A stretch of 64,000 nt of DNA, taken from Armatimonadota bacterium. GTDB lineage: Bacteria; Armatimonadota; HRBIN16. Position 1 is the stretch's first letter. Each line of letters begins with the position of its first letter. Under the pieces are notes generated by a model. The model saw nothing but the letters and a program-made list of their open reading frames with translations, did not search any database and had not been told where the DNA came from. Positions 38,252 to 50,335 of the stretch are shown here, one piece after another. A program made the translations under genes and the position numbers. The stretch covers positions 1,280,001 through 1,344,000 of the forward strand of contig OY781964.1 of NCBI GenBank assembly GCA_963677485.1, written 5' to 3'.

Positions 38252-39318
38252 AACGGATAATGGTTGTCGATGATAGCGCATTTGCTCGTAAGGTGATCAG
38301 CTCCGTCATTAATAAGGCCTCCGATTTAGAGGTGGTGGTGACAGCCGCCTCTGGTGAAGACGCACTCTCTCGGATCCCGAAGGTGATGCCTGATGTGGTC
38401 ACGATGGATATCGAGATGCCGGGGATGGGTGGAGTGAATGCACTTCAACAGATTGTGGAGCAGTATCACATTCCCGTTGTCGTCCTGAGTGCGGTCGGGT
38501 TCGCGGGTGCTGAGGTAAGCCTTAAGTGCCTGGAGCTGGGTGCCGTGGATGTGGTGTTGAAGCCCATGAGCAAGGGGTTGCCCGACTTAAGCGACGTCTC
38601 TGCTCAGATTGTCAATGCCGTTAGGCAGGCGGCCAGTATCAGCCCTGAACGCCTTCAGCGTCTTAACATCATTGCGGCTCAAAAGAAAGTGCCGGGTCAG
38701 CCCAAGGTCAATCCGCAAGCTAGCAGCGGCGCGTTTCCGATCGTGGTCATCGCAACAAGCACGGGTGGTCCTCGCGCGCTGCGGTATCTACTGCCCAGAT
38801 TGAACCGCTCGCAAGATGCCAGTTACATCGTGGTGCAACACCTTCCTGTCGGTTTCAGCGAAATCCTGGCCCGCGACCTTGACCAGATGTGCTCCCTCTC
38901 CGTCCGCGAAGCACGGCCCAAGGATGTGCCTCAACTACGGGAGATTCTGGTCGCTCCTTCCGGGTTCCATATGGTGATGTCACGTACGGGGCATGTGGAG
39001 CTTAACGAAGATCCTACCGTATGGGGAGTTCGGCCTAGTGCTGATGTCACAATGGCCAGCGTCGCCGCACGGTATCCTGGCCGAGTGATTGGCGTCATCT
39101 TAACGGGGATGGGGCGTGATGGCTCTGAGGGCGCCAGTTTGATACAACAAAGCGGCGGACTTGTGTTGGCTGAGGCTGAGAGCAGTTGTGTGATTTTCGG
39201 AATGCCGCGTGCCGCTATCGAGAAGGGTGCCGTAAACGAGATAGTTGACCTGGAGGCGATGCCAGAGGCGATCGAACGGACAGTAAACCGGATGAGCAAT
39301 GGTGATCTGCATCAGTAA
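38248..39318 (+). CDS. cheB: Chemotaxis methylesterase CheB
   Basis: REC domain plus 'STGGP', 'VQHLP', 'LTGMGRDG'. Confidence 0.95.
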   Translation: MKRIMVVDDSAFARKVISSVINKASDLEVVVTAASGEDALSRIPKVMPDVVTMDIEMPGMGGVNALQQIVEQYHIPVVVLSAVGFAGAEVSLKCLELGAVDVVLKPMSKGLPDLSDVSAQIVNAVRQAASISPERLQRLNIIAAQKKVPGQPKVNPQASSGAFPIVVIATSTGGPRALRYLLPRLNRSQDASYIVVQHLPVGFSEILARDLDQMCSLSVREARPKDVPQLREILVAPSGFHMVMSRTGHVELNEDPTVWGVRPSADVTMASVAARYPGRVIGVILTGMGRDGSEGASLIQQSGGLVLAEAESSCVIFGMPRAAIEKGAVNEIVDLEAMPEAIERTVNRMSNGDLHQ

Positions 39319-39322
39319 ATGT

Positions 39323-39355
39323 AAAACACCACCGACTGTTTTCAGTCGGTGGTGT
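39323..39355. terminator. Terminator hairpin between convergent genes
   Basis: ACACCACCGACTG-TTTT-CAGTCGGTGGTGT. Confidence 0.7.
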
Positions 39356-39424
39356 CTGAATTGATATTACTGCATGTACGCCTCTTACAACATCATGAGC
39401 ACATCAGTAATGTAAAGACAGGGC

Positions 39425-41311
39425 TCAGATAGTTCTGGCCTTGACGTTCTCGCTCCTGGGAGCAACGGATGAGAACTTCACAGCAGGGGCACTAGCCAGA
39501 TCAGCCAGCAAGCATCGTGCCTCTGCCACATTATGGCCCATTGCCAGTTTCAGCAGCTCTTCAATCTTGGCACTAGTCTGTTCCACATCCAGACCATTAC
39601 CCATCACCATGCGTATACTGGGATGCTCTGTGCCACACATTGTTTCGGCATCATACCAAAGCTCTTCGTGCAGCTTTTCGCCCTCACGTATACCCACATA
39701 GGTAATCTGGATATCTTGCCCAGGCACAAATCCACTCAACCGTATCAATTCCTCTGCAAGGAATGATATCTTGACCGGTTCGCCCATATCCAGCACGTAT
39801 ATCTCACCGTTCGATCCGAACACGCCTGCCTGTAATACCAATCGGCATGCTTCAGGTATCGTCATGAAATAGCGGGTCATGTCAGGATGTGTCACCGTAA
39901 CAGGCCCACCGGCAGCTATCTGGCGCTTCATCATAGGCACCACAGAACCCCTGCTGCCCAGCACATTGCCAAATCTCACTATCGCGAAGCGCGTATTTTT
40001 ACTGCGGTGAGCGGCACACTGAATCATCAGTTCAGAAACTCGTTTGGTAGCGCCCATCACACTGGAGGGGTTGACAGCCTTATCGGTAGAAATGCACACG
40101 CAACGTCTGACATCATATTTCATGCACATATTAATCACGTTACGGGTACCCATCACATTATTCAGTATCGCCTCCATTGAGTTGTTTTCCATTAGAGGCA
40201 CATGTTTATGAGCCGCAGCGTGGAAAACTACCGTCGGGTGACACTGCTCAAACACAAATTCCAGCCTGTCAATTTGCTTGATGCTGGCGATATAGCACGT
40301 CGTATTGAGGTCGCGGAAGTTATTACGCAGCTCCTGTTGGATCTCGAATATACTATTTTCACCATGGCCCAAAAGGATAAGCTCCGCTGGCCCCATAGCG
40401 GCGATTTGCCGACAAAGCTCACCGCCGATTGATCCGCCGCCGCCAGTGATCAGAACACGCTGCCCTTTGATGTAGGCGTTGATGCTAGCCTGGTCAATTT
40501 GAACAGGAGCCCGGCGCAGAAGGTCTTCTATCTGCACTTCACGCAGGAATGGACGAATTCCCATCTGCTGAAGCATCTGTGGCAAACCCGGCAGGATACG
40601 TACAGCAGCTTTGGTCTGATTGCAGATGTTCAGGATTCTGCGTATATCATCACCACTCGCGGACGGAATGGCTAGAAGAATGTCATCTACTTTTTGGTCG
40701 GTCACTATACTAGGAATAGAATGGCAATCGCCGATCACTTTCGATCCATGGATGTTGAGGCCATGCTTTTCGGGGTCATCGTCGATATAACCAACGACAT
40801 CGTATCCAGGCACGCGATGGAAATCTCGGCCCATCATTTCGCCAGCATCCCCGGCACCTACGATCAATATCCGACGATTGATCTCTTGTTTTTCAGGGTC
40901 ATTGAGCTTATATGAGGTTCGGTGCATGTTGAAGTCCCACACTCTTAAGATCGCGCGGACACCATATATGCCGAGAAGAGTAATCAGACTCTGTATAATG
41001 GCTACACCGATGGGAAATCCATGACACAGACCCGATAGGCGGAAAATAATACTCATAATCAACGCAGACAAACAGGCCAGGCCGAGGTAAAAGGCATCGC
41101 GTAACCCAGAATAGCGCCATTCAATGCGATAGATTCTAAATGCGATAAACGCCACTAAATAGGCGATCGGCGTAAACACAAACGCCTTCTCGCCGTCAGC
41201 TATCGGCTTGATATCACCCTCGAACCTTATTATATATGCCACGAACAACGCAACTAATACTACAGCCCAGTCTGCGACGACTAAGCCGAGAGTTCTACGC
41301 GTTATCTTCAT
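39425..41311 (-). CDS. CapD/PglF-like membrane nucleoside-diphosphate sugar dehydratase (polysaccharide biosynthesis)
   Basis: N-terminal TM helices; 'IVGAGDAG', 'ITGGGGSIG', 'HAAAHKHVP', 'STDKAV', 'RFGNVLGSRGSV', 'MTRYFMT'. Confidence 0.92.
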   Translation of the reverse strand: MKITRRTLGLVVADWAVVLVALFVAYIIRFEGDIKPIADGEKAFVFTPIAYLVAFIAFRIYRIEWRYSGLRDAFYLGLACLSALIMSIIFRLSGLCHGFPIGVAIIQSLITLLGIYGVRAILRVWDFNMHRTSYKLNDPEKQEINRRILIVGAGDAGEMMGRDFHRVPGYDVVGYIDDDPEKHGLNIHGSKVIGDCHSIPSIVTDQKVDDILLAIPSASGDDIRRILNICNQTKAAVRILPGLPQMLQQMGIRPFLREVQIEDLLRRAPVQIDQASINAYIKGQRVLITGGGGSIGGELCRQIAAMGPAELILLGHGENSIFEIQQELRNNFRDLNTTCYIASIKQIDRLEFVFEQCHPTVVFHAAAHKHVPLMENNSMEAILNNVMGTRNVINMCMKYDVRRCVCISTDKAVNPSSVMGATKRVSELMIQCAAHRSKNTRFAIVRFGNVLGSRGSVVPMMKRQIAAGGPVTVTHPDMTRYFMTIPEACRLVLQAGVFGSNGEIYVLDMGEPVKISFLAEELIRLSGFVPGQDIQITYVGIREGEKLHEELWYDAETMCGTEHPSIRMVMGNGLDVEQTSAKIEELLKLAMGHNVAEARCLLADLASAPAVKFSSVAPRSENVKARTI

Positions 41312-41698
41312 GCTTGAATACCTCACCTGCTATGCTTCTTACTTTAAATCCGAAATCAGTTACTACACATGCATTGTACCTGACCAGTGCGCAGGTACTA
41401 CATATTTGACACACACATATGCACCCAGGTTCCTGTAAATTTCCGCAATTTCCGGATATCTATCCATTTGATATGACGACACAGCCATACAGATTGTTCG
41501 TATTTGCTATCATTAGCATATTATGTGATTCTCGTGCGATTAGGTGAAGCAGTATGCACATACCCACATACCCATTTCAACCGTGTACCGGCTCAAGTTA
41601 AGGTTGCAAGGTTCAGCTCATAGCGCAAGCAACCATAAAACGGGTAAACTCTATACACTTGCATACCGCAGCTTACAGTACCACATGGAGGTTTCGCT

Positions 41699-42028
41699 AT
41701 GAAACTCGTGATTACCATTGTCCACGACCGGGATAAAAACCGCATCACAGAAAAACTGCTGCGTAACGGTTACAAGTTTACCAAAGTGGCCTCGACAGGC
41801 GGATTCCTTCGCGAGGGGAATGTCACTCTATTTATTGGTGTCGAAGATGATGACCTTGATAGGCTCATGGAGTTGGTCGACGAAAGCTGCAAAACCCGAG
41901 AACAGTTCGTCAATGTGCTGCCGCCAGATGCATCACCTGTCGGAGCATTTATGCCCAATCCTGTGAAGGTACAAGTCGGTGGTGCCGTTGTTTTCGTGAT
42001 GGATGTCAGCCGGTTTGAGCGCTACTAA
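41699..42028 (+). CDS. darA: Cyclic-di-AMP receptor, PII-like (DarA/YaaQ/PstA family)
   Basis: 'TKVASTGGFLREGNVT', 'C.TRE', 'V.VGGA.VFV'. Confidence 0.9.
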   Translation: MKLVITIVHDRDKNRITEKLLRNGYKFTKVASTGGFLREGNVTLFIGVEDDDLDRLMELVDESCKTREQFVNVLPPDASPVGAFMPNPVKVQVGGAVVFVMDVSRFERY

Positions 42029-42049
42029 CTATTAAGGGTATCTTCGATT

Positions 42050-43138
42050 TTGATTTTACAACCTGACCAACTGATTGGCCACGAGCGGGCGATCCTGCAG
42101 CTTCAAAACGCCATGGCCGCAGATCAGTGTTCTCAATCTCTCCTTATTACCGGGCCGCCTCAGGTAGGAAAGCAGAGCCTCGCACTATGGCTTGCGGCTT
42201 CGTTGATGTGCCTGGAGCCGGTCAGCACCGGTGCCTGCGGTAAATGCGCAAGCTGTCTTCGGCTACAAAACGACCAGCACCCCGAGCTTCATATCATCGA
42301 GCCGCATACAGAACAGACCCTCATCTGGCAGCTATGGGAAGGCCACACCATCCCTCGCGGGGTAGATCCCGCCTCTGTCGGGATCATTGAGAGAGCGATC
42401 AGCTATTCACCCACCTTCGGACGGCGCACCGTATTCATCATCCCACGGGCCGAAACCCTCACCGATTCGGCGGCTAACAGCCTCTTAAAGACACTTGAGG
42501 AACCACCTGCCCATGCGGTACTGATACTACTGGCTACCTCTGCCGAGGATGTGCTGCAGACAATCCGCAGCCGATGTGCATTGATACCGCTGAGCCGCGT
42601 GCCTGTGCCGGATGTAGTCGAATGGCTTGTTCATAAACACCAGATATCTCCAGAGATCGCCGTCCGGTGTGCGGAGATCAGCCAGGGATGCCCCGGCCGT
42701 GCTTTGAGCATCAGCACAGACCAGGACGCGATGAACCTATGGAACCAAGCTGCGGAGTTAGCCCATGACATCTGCATGAAAACCAGCGTCACTTCATCCT
42801 TAGCCCTCGCAGATCGCCTGCGCCAGATGTCTACTGTGCAGATTGGAAAAAAGGTCCCCACCGTCAATAGGGCAGCCCTGTTAAGTGCCCTGGATAGTGT
42901 GATGGTCTGGCTGCGCGACGCGATGGTCTGCGCGGCCACCAGTGGCGAAGGCCGCGTAGTGTTCCATGGCGACGAGCATCACCTCTCGCAAGCCGCCGAC
43001 AAACTGGGAGCCTCGAGGCTAGCCAACATGTTGGAAACCAGCCTGGAACTCAGACGCGCCATCGACGGGAATGCGAACATTAAGCTGGTCACCGATTTAC
43101 TGTTGATGCGGCTGTTGGAGTGTACTCGACAGTCATGA
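42050..43138 (+). CDS. holB: DNA polymerase III delta' subunit
   Basis: 'GPPQVGK', 'CGKCASC', 'HPE', 'AANSLLKTLEEP', 'TIRSRC'. Confidence 0.88.
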   Translation: MILQPDQLIGHERAILQLQNAMAADQCSQSLLITGPPQVGKQSLALWLAASLMCLEPVSTGACGKCASCLRLQNDQHPELHIIEPHTEQTLIWQLWEGHTIPRGVDPASVGIIERAISYSPTFGRRTVFIIPRAETLTDSAANSLLKTLEEPPAHAVLILLATSAEDVLQTIRSRCALIPLSRVPVPDVVEWLVHKHQISPEIAVRCAEISQGCPGRALSISTDQDAMNLWNQAAELAHDICMKTSVTSSLALADRLRQMSTVQIGKKVPTVNRAALLSALDSVMVWLRDAMVCAATSGEGRVVFHGDEHHLSQAADKLGASRLANMLETSLELRRAIDGNANIKLVTDLLLMRLLECTRQS

Positions 43139-43701
43139 ACCTCGATGTACAGATACTGAAATGGTGTAATACCGTCGCCGTCAGCCCCTGGGCTGACAAC
43201 CTGATGTTGTTCTTGACCAACCAGCGTAACACCTGGCCGTTCATTCTGTGTGCGTTGATATGGCTGGTATGGAAGGGTGGTAAAACTGGGCGGCGTGTGG
43301 CCCTCATGCTGCCTCTGTGTATACTGCTCACGGACCAGATCAGTGCTCATTTATTAAAGGACCTGATTGGGCGTGACCGTCCCTGCAGCCAACATGATTT
43401 ACAGTCATGGATGCGGTTGCTTGATGGTTGCAGAGATTCACACGGAATGCCGAGTTCCCACGCCACGAACATGTTTGGAGTGGCGACGCTGCTTACCCGC
43501 TATTATCGCAAGTGGTGGCCGGTGTTTTTTGCCATAGCCGCCATCATCAGTTATACCCGTATGTATCTGGGATTGCATTTTCCCTCAGACGTTTTGGTTG
43601 GAGCGATTTTAGGTAGTCTGATTGTTTTAGGGTTTGACGCTATATGGCGAGCGGTAGCTACCAAGCGGTTAACACGTCGAATCACAGATCCCGAATCATA
43701 A
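43135..43701 (+). CDS. PAP2-family membrane phosphatase
   Basis: 'KDLIGRDRP', 'PSSH', 'TRMYLGLHFPSD'. Confidence 0.88.
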   Translation: MNLDVQILKWCNTVAVSPWADNLMLFLTNQRNTWPFILCALIWLVWKGGKTGRRVALMLPLCILLTDQISAHLLKDLIGRDRPCSQHDLQSWMRLLDGCRDSHGMPSSHATNMFGVATLLTRYYRKWWPVFFAIAAIISYTRMYLGLHFPSDVLVGAILGSLIVLGFDAIWRAVATKRLTRRITDPES

Positions 43702-43755
43702 ACCAGTAACCTTAGGTACGAGCCATGAACACCCATTCGCCGAACATTTCCACAC

Positions 43756-44481
43756 TTACCCGGACAACCGTCGGTAGCGTAGAAATAGCTCGCTTTCGTG
43801 CTGATACACCGACACCAGCTCCATATGCCTGGCGGTTTCGCGGTCAAACCCCTCTCCCTCAACCGGTGTGCGGATGTGCTCACCGCCTTTAACCCAGGGA
43901 GCCAGTGTGAGGAACATCTCGTCGATCAGCTCCGCACGAAACATCTCGAAGTTCATGCCCCCACCGCCCTCGCACAACAGCAGCTTAACCCCCCGCTGCT
44001 CTGTCATAATCCGCACAGCTTGCTCCAGTTCCACCCGATTCTCACCTAACAGGTGTAACTCGGCGACGGCTTGAATGGCTTGCTGCTGCGGCAAAGGAAG
44101 GTTTTTAGGAGCAAATACAAGCGCAGGCCGCTGAACGTTGGTGAAGAAGCTGGAGTGCAACGGTAGATCACCGCTGGCGGTAACCACTGCGCGGGCAAGT
44201 GATGGCAGGTATGCGATTTTCCCGGCGCGAAGCGTGCTGGCCCCTATTATCACCCCATCGGCTTGCCGCTGCAGGCGGTGCATCAGCATCTGATCTATCG
44301 AGCTGCCCAACCCTTTGCTGCTGTCACCCAATCCACCTAGCGTGATTTTGCCGTCCAGGCTCATCACCATATTGAGATAGATGTAAGGTCGATCAGTGTG
44401 GGCGGTGGTGGGTACGACCGGGGTATACAAGGTATGCATATCACGGGGTTCACCCGATTTGTCAAACAGGCATTGCATCAA
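43756..44481 (-). CDS. RibD C-terminal-like reductase (DHFR fold)
   Basis: 'MVMSLDGKI', 'IGASTLR', 'LLCEGGG', 'IDEMFLTLAP'. Confidence 0.85.
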   Translation of the reverse strand: MMQCLFDKSGEPRDMHTLYTPVVPTTAHTDRPYIYLNMVMSLDGKITLGGLGDSSKGLGSSIDQMLMHRLQRQADGVIIGASTLRAGKIAYLPSLARAVVTASGDLPLHSSFFTNVQRPALVFAPKNLPLPQQQAIQAVAELHLLGENRVELEQAVRIMTEQRGVKLLLCEGGGGMNFEMFRAELIDEMFLTLAPWVKGGEHIRTPVEGEGFDRETARHMELVSVYQHESELFLRYRRLSG

Positions 44482-44504
44482 ACTCCTCCTGCCAAAAGCG
44501 TATC

Positions 44505-44728
44505 ATGGGCAACCACCGGGAGTCACCCCCCGGGCACGCCAATCTCCCGATTGGCATTCCCTCTCCATCCGACCGGTCCGGTTTTCCCTTTCCGGGCCGG
44601 TCTCTTCCCAAGGTGTTTTCCGAAGGGCGGATTCCGACGGATGAGACGGATTCGACCGATAACAATAGTGGGCAACCACGGGAGACCGTGTCGCATGCAT
44701 GAAGGGAGGTTCGCGTACCGCCCCTACG
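44505..44728. repeat. Composite intergenic repeat island
   Basis: GCCAATCTCCCGATTGGC palindrome (44538-44555), CGGAT-periodic tract, GTAG-REP end CGCCCCTACG (44719-44728). Confidence 0.6.
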
Positions 44729-44746
44729 AATCACATCATACAACGC

Positions 44747-44777
44747 AAAAAGCCCCTTGATTTCATCAAGGGGCTTT
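44747..44777 (-). terminator. atp operon terminator
   Basis: AAAGCCCCTTGAT / ATCAAGGGGCTTT stem with a U-tract on the minus strand. Confidence 0.75.
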
Positions 44778-44782
44778 ATCAA

Positions 44783-45193
44783 TTAATGGGGCAGTTCCTG
44801 CCCAGCCGCATGCATTCGTGCCATCGCCTTATCCAGCGACCGGCGCGCTTCGGCTCGGTTGTAATTCGGATCGTCCAGGTGTTCTCGAGCCCGTTCATAG
44901 GCTTCCATCGCACGTTGAACGTCGATGTCCTTCTCGCGTTCTGCACTGTCGGCTAGAATGACCACATGGTTATCCGCCACCTGCAGGAACCCGCCGCCTA
45001 TCGCCACGAGCTCATCGCTCAGGTCAGGATAAGTCACCGTCACCACTCCAGGCGCCAGTTCCGCCATCAACGGTGCATGGTCGTTGAGTATCCCAAATGA
45101 ACCCATCACACCAGGTGCGACCACACTACATGGTTCTTCCACCAGTACGGTATGGTCGGGCACCACGATTTCCAATTTGAAGCTCTTGGCCAT
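44783..45193 (-). CDS. atpC: ATP synthase epsilon subunit
   Basis: 'GSFGILNDHAP', 'GGFLQV', 'ILADSAE'. Confidence 0.93.
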   Translation of the reverse strand: MAKSFKLEIVVPDHTVLVEEPCSVVAPGVMGSFGILNDHAPLMAELAPGVVTVTYPDLSDELVAIGGGFLQVADNHVVILADSAEREKDIDVQRAMEAYERAREHLDDPNYNRAEARRSLDKAMARMHAAGQELPH

Positions 45194-45207
45194 CAGTTAG
45201 TTACCCA

Positions 45208-46653
<1,446 letters not shown>

Positions 46654-46656
46654 CTA

Positions 46657-47517
46657 CTATTCGTTCAGAGCTTCGGCCCCGCTCACCACTTCCGTAATTT
46701 CGGTAGTAATGGCGGACTGCCGTATGCGGTTGAGCTGCAGCGAAAGAGTAGAGATCATCTTTCCTGCGTTTTCGGTTGCACTGCTCATGGCTGTCATGCG
46801 CGCGCCATGCTCACTGGCGTTGCATTCCAACAGAGTTTGAAACACACTGTTGAGAAGGTATCGTGGAAGCAGGTTACCCAGAAGCTGGTCGCGATTGGGC
46901 TCCATGAGAAAGTCCAAATGCTCCTGGCCTATCTCGCTTTTGGGCTGTTCTACCGGTAATAAGCGAACTACTGTGGGTATTTGAACCAGCGCACTTCGGA
47001 AGCGGTTATACACCACGTAGAACTCATCGACTTGACCACTCATGAACATCTCAACAGCCTGATTCGCTATCTTGGTGGCCATGCTGACGTCTGGGCCGCT
47101 ATTGGGAATACTGTATTCCTGTAACGGTCTTAAGCCCCGCTTAGTGAAGTATTTACCGGAACGTAAGCCTACCGAGACTAACTTCACGCTGCCGGCGGGT
47201 TTTGACGCCACAAAAGCCTGCGCTTTACGCAACACGCTAGCGTTGTAACCACCGCACATGCCGCGGTCACTTGCCATGACCACCACACCTGTGTTGCTCA
47301 CTTTTTTCCGTTCTTGCAGCAGCGGATAATCACCCAATCCCGTGCCAGCCAGAAGAGCAATGACGTCACGCATTTTCGTGGCGTAAGGCCTGGCAGCTAA
47401 AGCCCGGTCCTGTGCGCGTTTGAATCGTGCAGCAGCGACCAGCTTCATAGCGCGGGTTATCTGTTGTATATTTCTGGCGATCCGGATTCTCTGCCGAATC
47501 TGCTTGGTTGATGCCAT
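46657..47517 (-). CDS. atpG: ATP synthase gamma subunit
   Basis: 'ITRAMKLVAA', 'SDRGMCG', 'SEHGARM', 'RQSAITTEI'. Confidence 0.97.
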   Translation of the reverse strand: MASTKQIRQRIRIARNIQQITRAMKLVAAARFKRAQDRALAARPYATKMRDVIALLAGTGLGDYPLLQERKKVSNTGVVVMASDRGMCGGYNASVLRKAQAFVASKPAGSVKLVSVGLRSGKYFTKRGLRPLQEYSIPNSGPDVSMATKIANQAVEMFMSGQVDEFYVVYNRFRSALVQIPTVVRLLPVEQPKSEIGQEHLDFLMEPNRDQLLGNLLPRYLLNSVFQTLLECNASEHGARMTAMSSATENAGKMISTLSLQLNRIRQSAITTEITEVVSGAEALNE

Positions 47518-47575
47518 TCTGGTTTCCCGTCTTTTTTGTCAGGCCGGAGTATAACCACCCCGGCCAGATGGGCTA

Positions 47576-49102
47576 TTATTTACTGGCGGATTGCGCCTTG
47601 TATTCCTTCAACGCCTTTTCAAGGGCGGTGCGGGTGTTGTCGTCAATCTGCTGGTTACGCTTGATGAACTCAGGGATCTCTGCATATTTTTCATACACAA
47701 AGCTCAAGAAGTTCGCCTCAAAAACTCGCACATCATCGAGGGATAACTCGTCGATATGCCCGTTCGTGGCTGCAAAGAAGATCATGGTTTGATCCACTAC
47801 ATCCATCGGACGGTATTGAGGCTGCTTCAGAAGTTCCATCATCCGCTGACCACGGGCCAGTTGCTGCTGGGTGACTTTGTCAAGGTCGCTGGCAAACTGC
47901 GCGAAGGCTTGCACTTCACGATATTGCGCCAGGTCACCCTTCAAACGTCCGGCTACCTGCTTCATCGCTTTGATCTGCGCCTTGCCGCCTACGCGGGAGA
48001 CCGAGATACCCACGTTCAACGCCGGCCGGAAACCAGCAAAGAACAGGTCGCTCTCCAGATATATCTGTCCGTCGGTGATGGAAATCACGTTCGTCGGGAT
48101 ATAAGCTGAGACGTCACCAGCTTGAGTCTCGATGACTGGCAGTGCGGTTAAGCTTCCACTACCCAGAGCGTCGTTCAGCTTAGCTGCGCGCTCCAGCAGT
48201 CGGCTGTGAAGGTAGAACACGTCTCCAGGATACGCCTCACGCCCCGGGGGACGACGAAGCAGCAAGGATACCTGTCGGTAGGCCACAGCGTGTTTCGACA
48301 GATCATCGTAGACCACAAGTGCATGCATCTTGTTGTCACGGAAATACTCACCCATCGCGGCACCAGCATACGGTGCGATGTACTGCATAGCGGCTGGGTC
48401 AGAGGCTCCTGCGCACACGATGATGGTGTACTGTAGGGCTCCGGCATCTTCCAGCGTCTTCGCGATACGCGCGACCGTGCTTTGGCGCTGGCCAATGGCC
48501 ACGTAAATGCTGAAAATCGGCTTGTTGGTTTCATGGGTGCGTGACTGGTTGATGATCGTATCGATCGCAATTGCCGTTTTACCGGTCTGTCGGTCGCCAA
48601 TTATCAACTCACGCTGTCCCAGACCGATGGGGATCATACTGTCGATGGCTTTGATGCCAGTCTGCAGCGGCTCAGTCACAGGCTGTCGATCGACAACACC
48701 TGGTGCATTACTTTCCAGAAGGCCGAACTCATCCGTAAGAATGGGTCCCTTACCGTCCAGAGGCTGGCCAAGAGGGTTCACAACGCGCCCCAGTAAAGCT
48801 TTACCCACAGGAACCTGCAGGATACGCTCGGTGCGTTTGACTTCGTCACCCTCTTTGATGCCCACATCATTGCCTAAAATGATGACGCCCACGTTGTCCT
48901 CTTCCAGGTTCAGTGCCATTCCATAAACACCGTTTTGGAACTGGACGAGTTCGCTGACCATCACGTCTTTAAGACCGTACACGCGGGCAATACCATCACC
49001 CACCTGCAGTACTCGGCCGACACTCACCTCTTCAAGGTTGCGTCCGTAGTTGAGCAGTTGCTGCTCAATGATCGATGTTATCTCTTCGGGTCGGATAGCC
49101 AA
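47576..49102 (-). CDS. atpA: ATP synthase alpha subunit
   Basis: 'GDRQTGKT', '[13 protein letters not shown]'. Confidence 0.98.
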   Translation of the reverse strand: MAIRPEEITSIIEQQLLNYGRNLEEVSVGRVLQVGDGIARVYGLKDVMVSELVQFQNGVYGMALNLEEDNVGVIILGNDVGIKEGDEVKRTERILQVPVGKALLGRVVNPLGQPLDGKGPILTDEFGLLESNAPGVVDRQPVTEPLQTGIKAIDSMIPIGLGQRELIIGDRQTGKTAIAIDTIINQSRTHETNKPIFSIYVAIGQRQSTVARIAKTLEDAGALQYTIIVCAGASDPAAMQYIAPYAGAAMGEYFRDNKMHALVVYDDLSKHAVAYRQVSLLLRRPPGREAYPGDVFYLHSRLLERAAKLNDALGSGSLTALPVIETQAGDVSAYIPTNVISITDGQIYLESDLFFAGFRPALNVGISVSRVGGKAQIKAMKQVAGRLKGDLAQYREVQAFAQFASDLDKVTQQQLARGQRMMELLKQPQYRPMDVVDQTMIFFAATNGHIDELSLDDVRVFEANFLSFVYEKYAEIPEFIKRNQQIDDNTRTALEKALKEYKAQSASK

Positions 49103-49167
49103 TTGTATCTATACCCTCCTGCCCCGACATGCTGTATTGCCTTTGCGGGTGCCAGTTGTTTGTGTTC

Positions 49168-49710
49168 TCAGGTGGCGGCTAACAGCCCACGCAGATGCGC
49201 AAGCCGACCGCGGATGCTGCCATCAATGACCGTATCACCGATATTCACGATGATGCCGCCCATAAGTGAAGGCTCTACTTCTGTTGTGAGCTTAATATTT
49301 CGCCCTGTACGTTGTGCCAGGCTGTCAATAAGCTGTTGTTTTTGCTGCTCATCTAATGGCCGGGCTGATTTGGCGGTGACCCGCACTTCGCCAAGTTCCG
49401 CGTCGAAGAGTGCTTCGAACTCTTGCAGCACGGCTTGGATCAGCGTCTCTCGCCTTTTGCGGATCAGCAGAATGGTCAGTGCTTTTACAAGCTCTGGCAT
49501 CTCCGCATGTTCCAGTGCACTCAGAACCGCCGTCTCCTTGACGTCAACCGGTATCATCGGGTTGTGGATGAGCTGCAGGAGCCTGGGATACTGCGCCATC
49601 ATCTCTGCCATCTGAGTCAGTGATTGGTCTACCTCAGACAACAGGTTCTGATGGTGAGCGGCATTGAATATGGCCCTTGCATAACGACGGGCGATTCTTT
49701 CATCCTGCAT
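49168..49710 (-). CDS. atpH: ATP synthase delta subunit
   Basis: 'IARRYARA', 'LMGG...GDTVIDGS'. Confidence 0.93.
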   Translation of the reverse strand: MQDERIARRYARAIFNAAHHQNLLSEVDQSLTQMAEMMAQYPRLLQLIHNPMIPVDVKETAVLSALEHAEMPELVKALTILLIRKRRETLIQAVLQEFEALFDAELGEVRVTAKSARPLDEQQKQQLIDSLAQRTGRNIKLTTEVEPSLMGGIIVNIGDTVIDGSIRGRLAHLRGLLAAT

Positions 49711-49712
49711 GA

Positions 49713-50234
49713 CTAGTTCTTTGCCACCTGCTCAATGAAATCGGCGACCAGCTCACGGTCCGACGCATCATCAACTTTGTGGTTCAGCAGCTTCTCAGTA
49801 GCCTGAATAGTGATGTCCACTACTTGCGCTTTTAACTGAGCCATCATCTGTTCGCGATCGAATTGTAATGTCTGGCGGGTATCACTCAGGATTTTCTCCG
49901 CCTGCTGTCTGGCCTCGGCAAGGATGGTTTCGCGCATGGCCTGAGCCTCTTGCACGGCGGCTTGTGTTTGCGCACGTGCCTCCGCCTCGATGTTAGTCAG
50001 CCGCTGCTCGTAGTCAGCCTTGAGGCTTTCCATGTTTCTGCGGGTTTCATCCACCTTGTCATACGTCTGCTGAATATCCTCTTTACGGGAATCCAGAAAC
50101 GCAGCTAATGGCAGCCATAAGAACTTCTTGAGCAACAGGAAAAGCAGCAAGAAGCCTACAATCGTCACCAGGATCGTCTTCGGGACGATCTCCAGTGCTT
50201 CCATAATGCTTCCGCCGGACGCTAGAATGAACAA
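49713..50234 (-). CDS. atpF: ATP synthase Fo subunit b
   Basis: TM helix, 'KKFLWLP', long coiled coil, operon position. Confidence 0.9.
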   Translation of the reverse strand: MFILASGGSIMEALEIVPKTILVTIVGFLLLFLLLKKFLWLPLAAFLDSRKEDIQQTYDKVDETRRNMESLKADYEQRLTNIEAEARAQTQAAVQEAQAMRETILAEARQQAEKILSDTRQTLQFDREQMMAQLKAQVVDITIQATEKLLNHKVDDASDRELVADFIEQVAKN

Positions 50235-50335
50235 GTTGCTCCTCCTATTTGCACGGGGGGAATGCGACAGATTTAGTAGTATTGAGTACTCTCATCCGCC
50301 AAACGCCCCTCTGTGAGTTGGTTTTCGTGTGGAGC

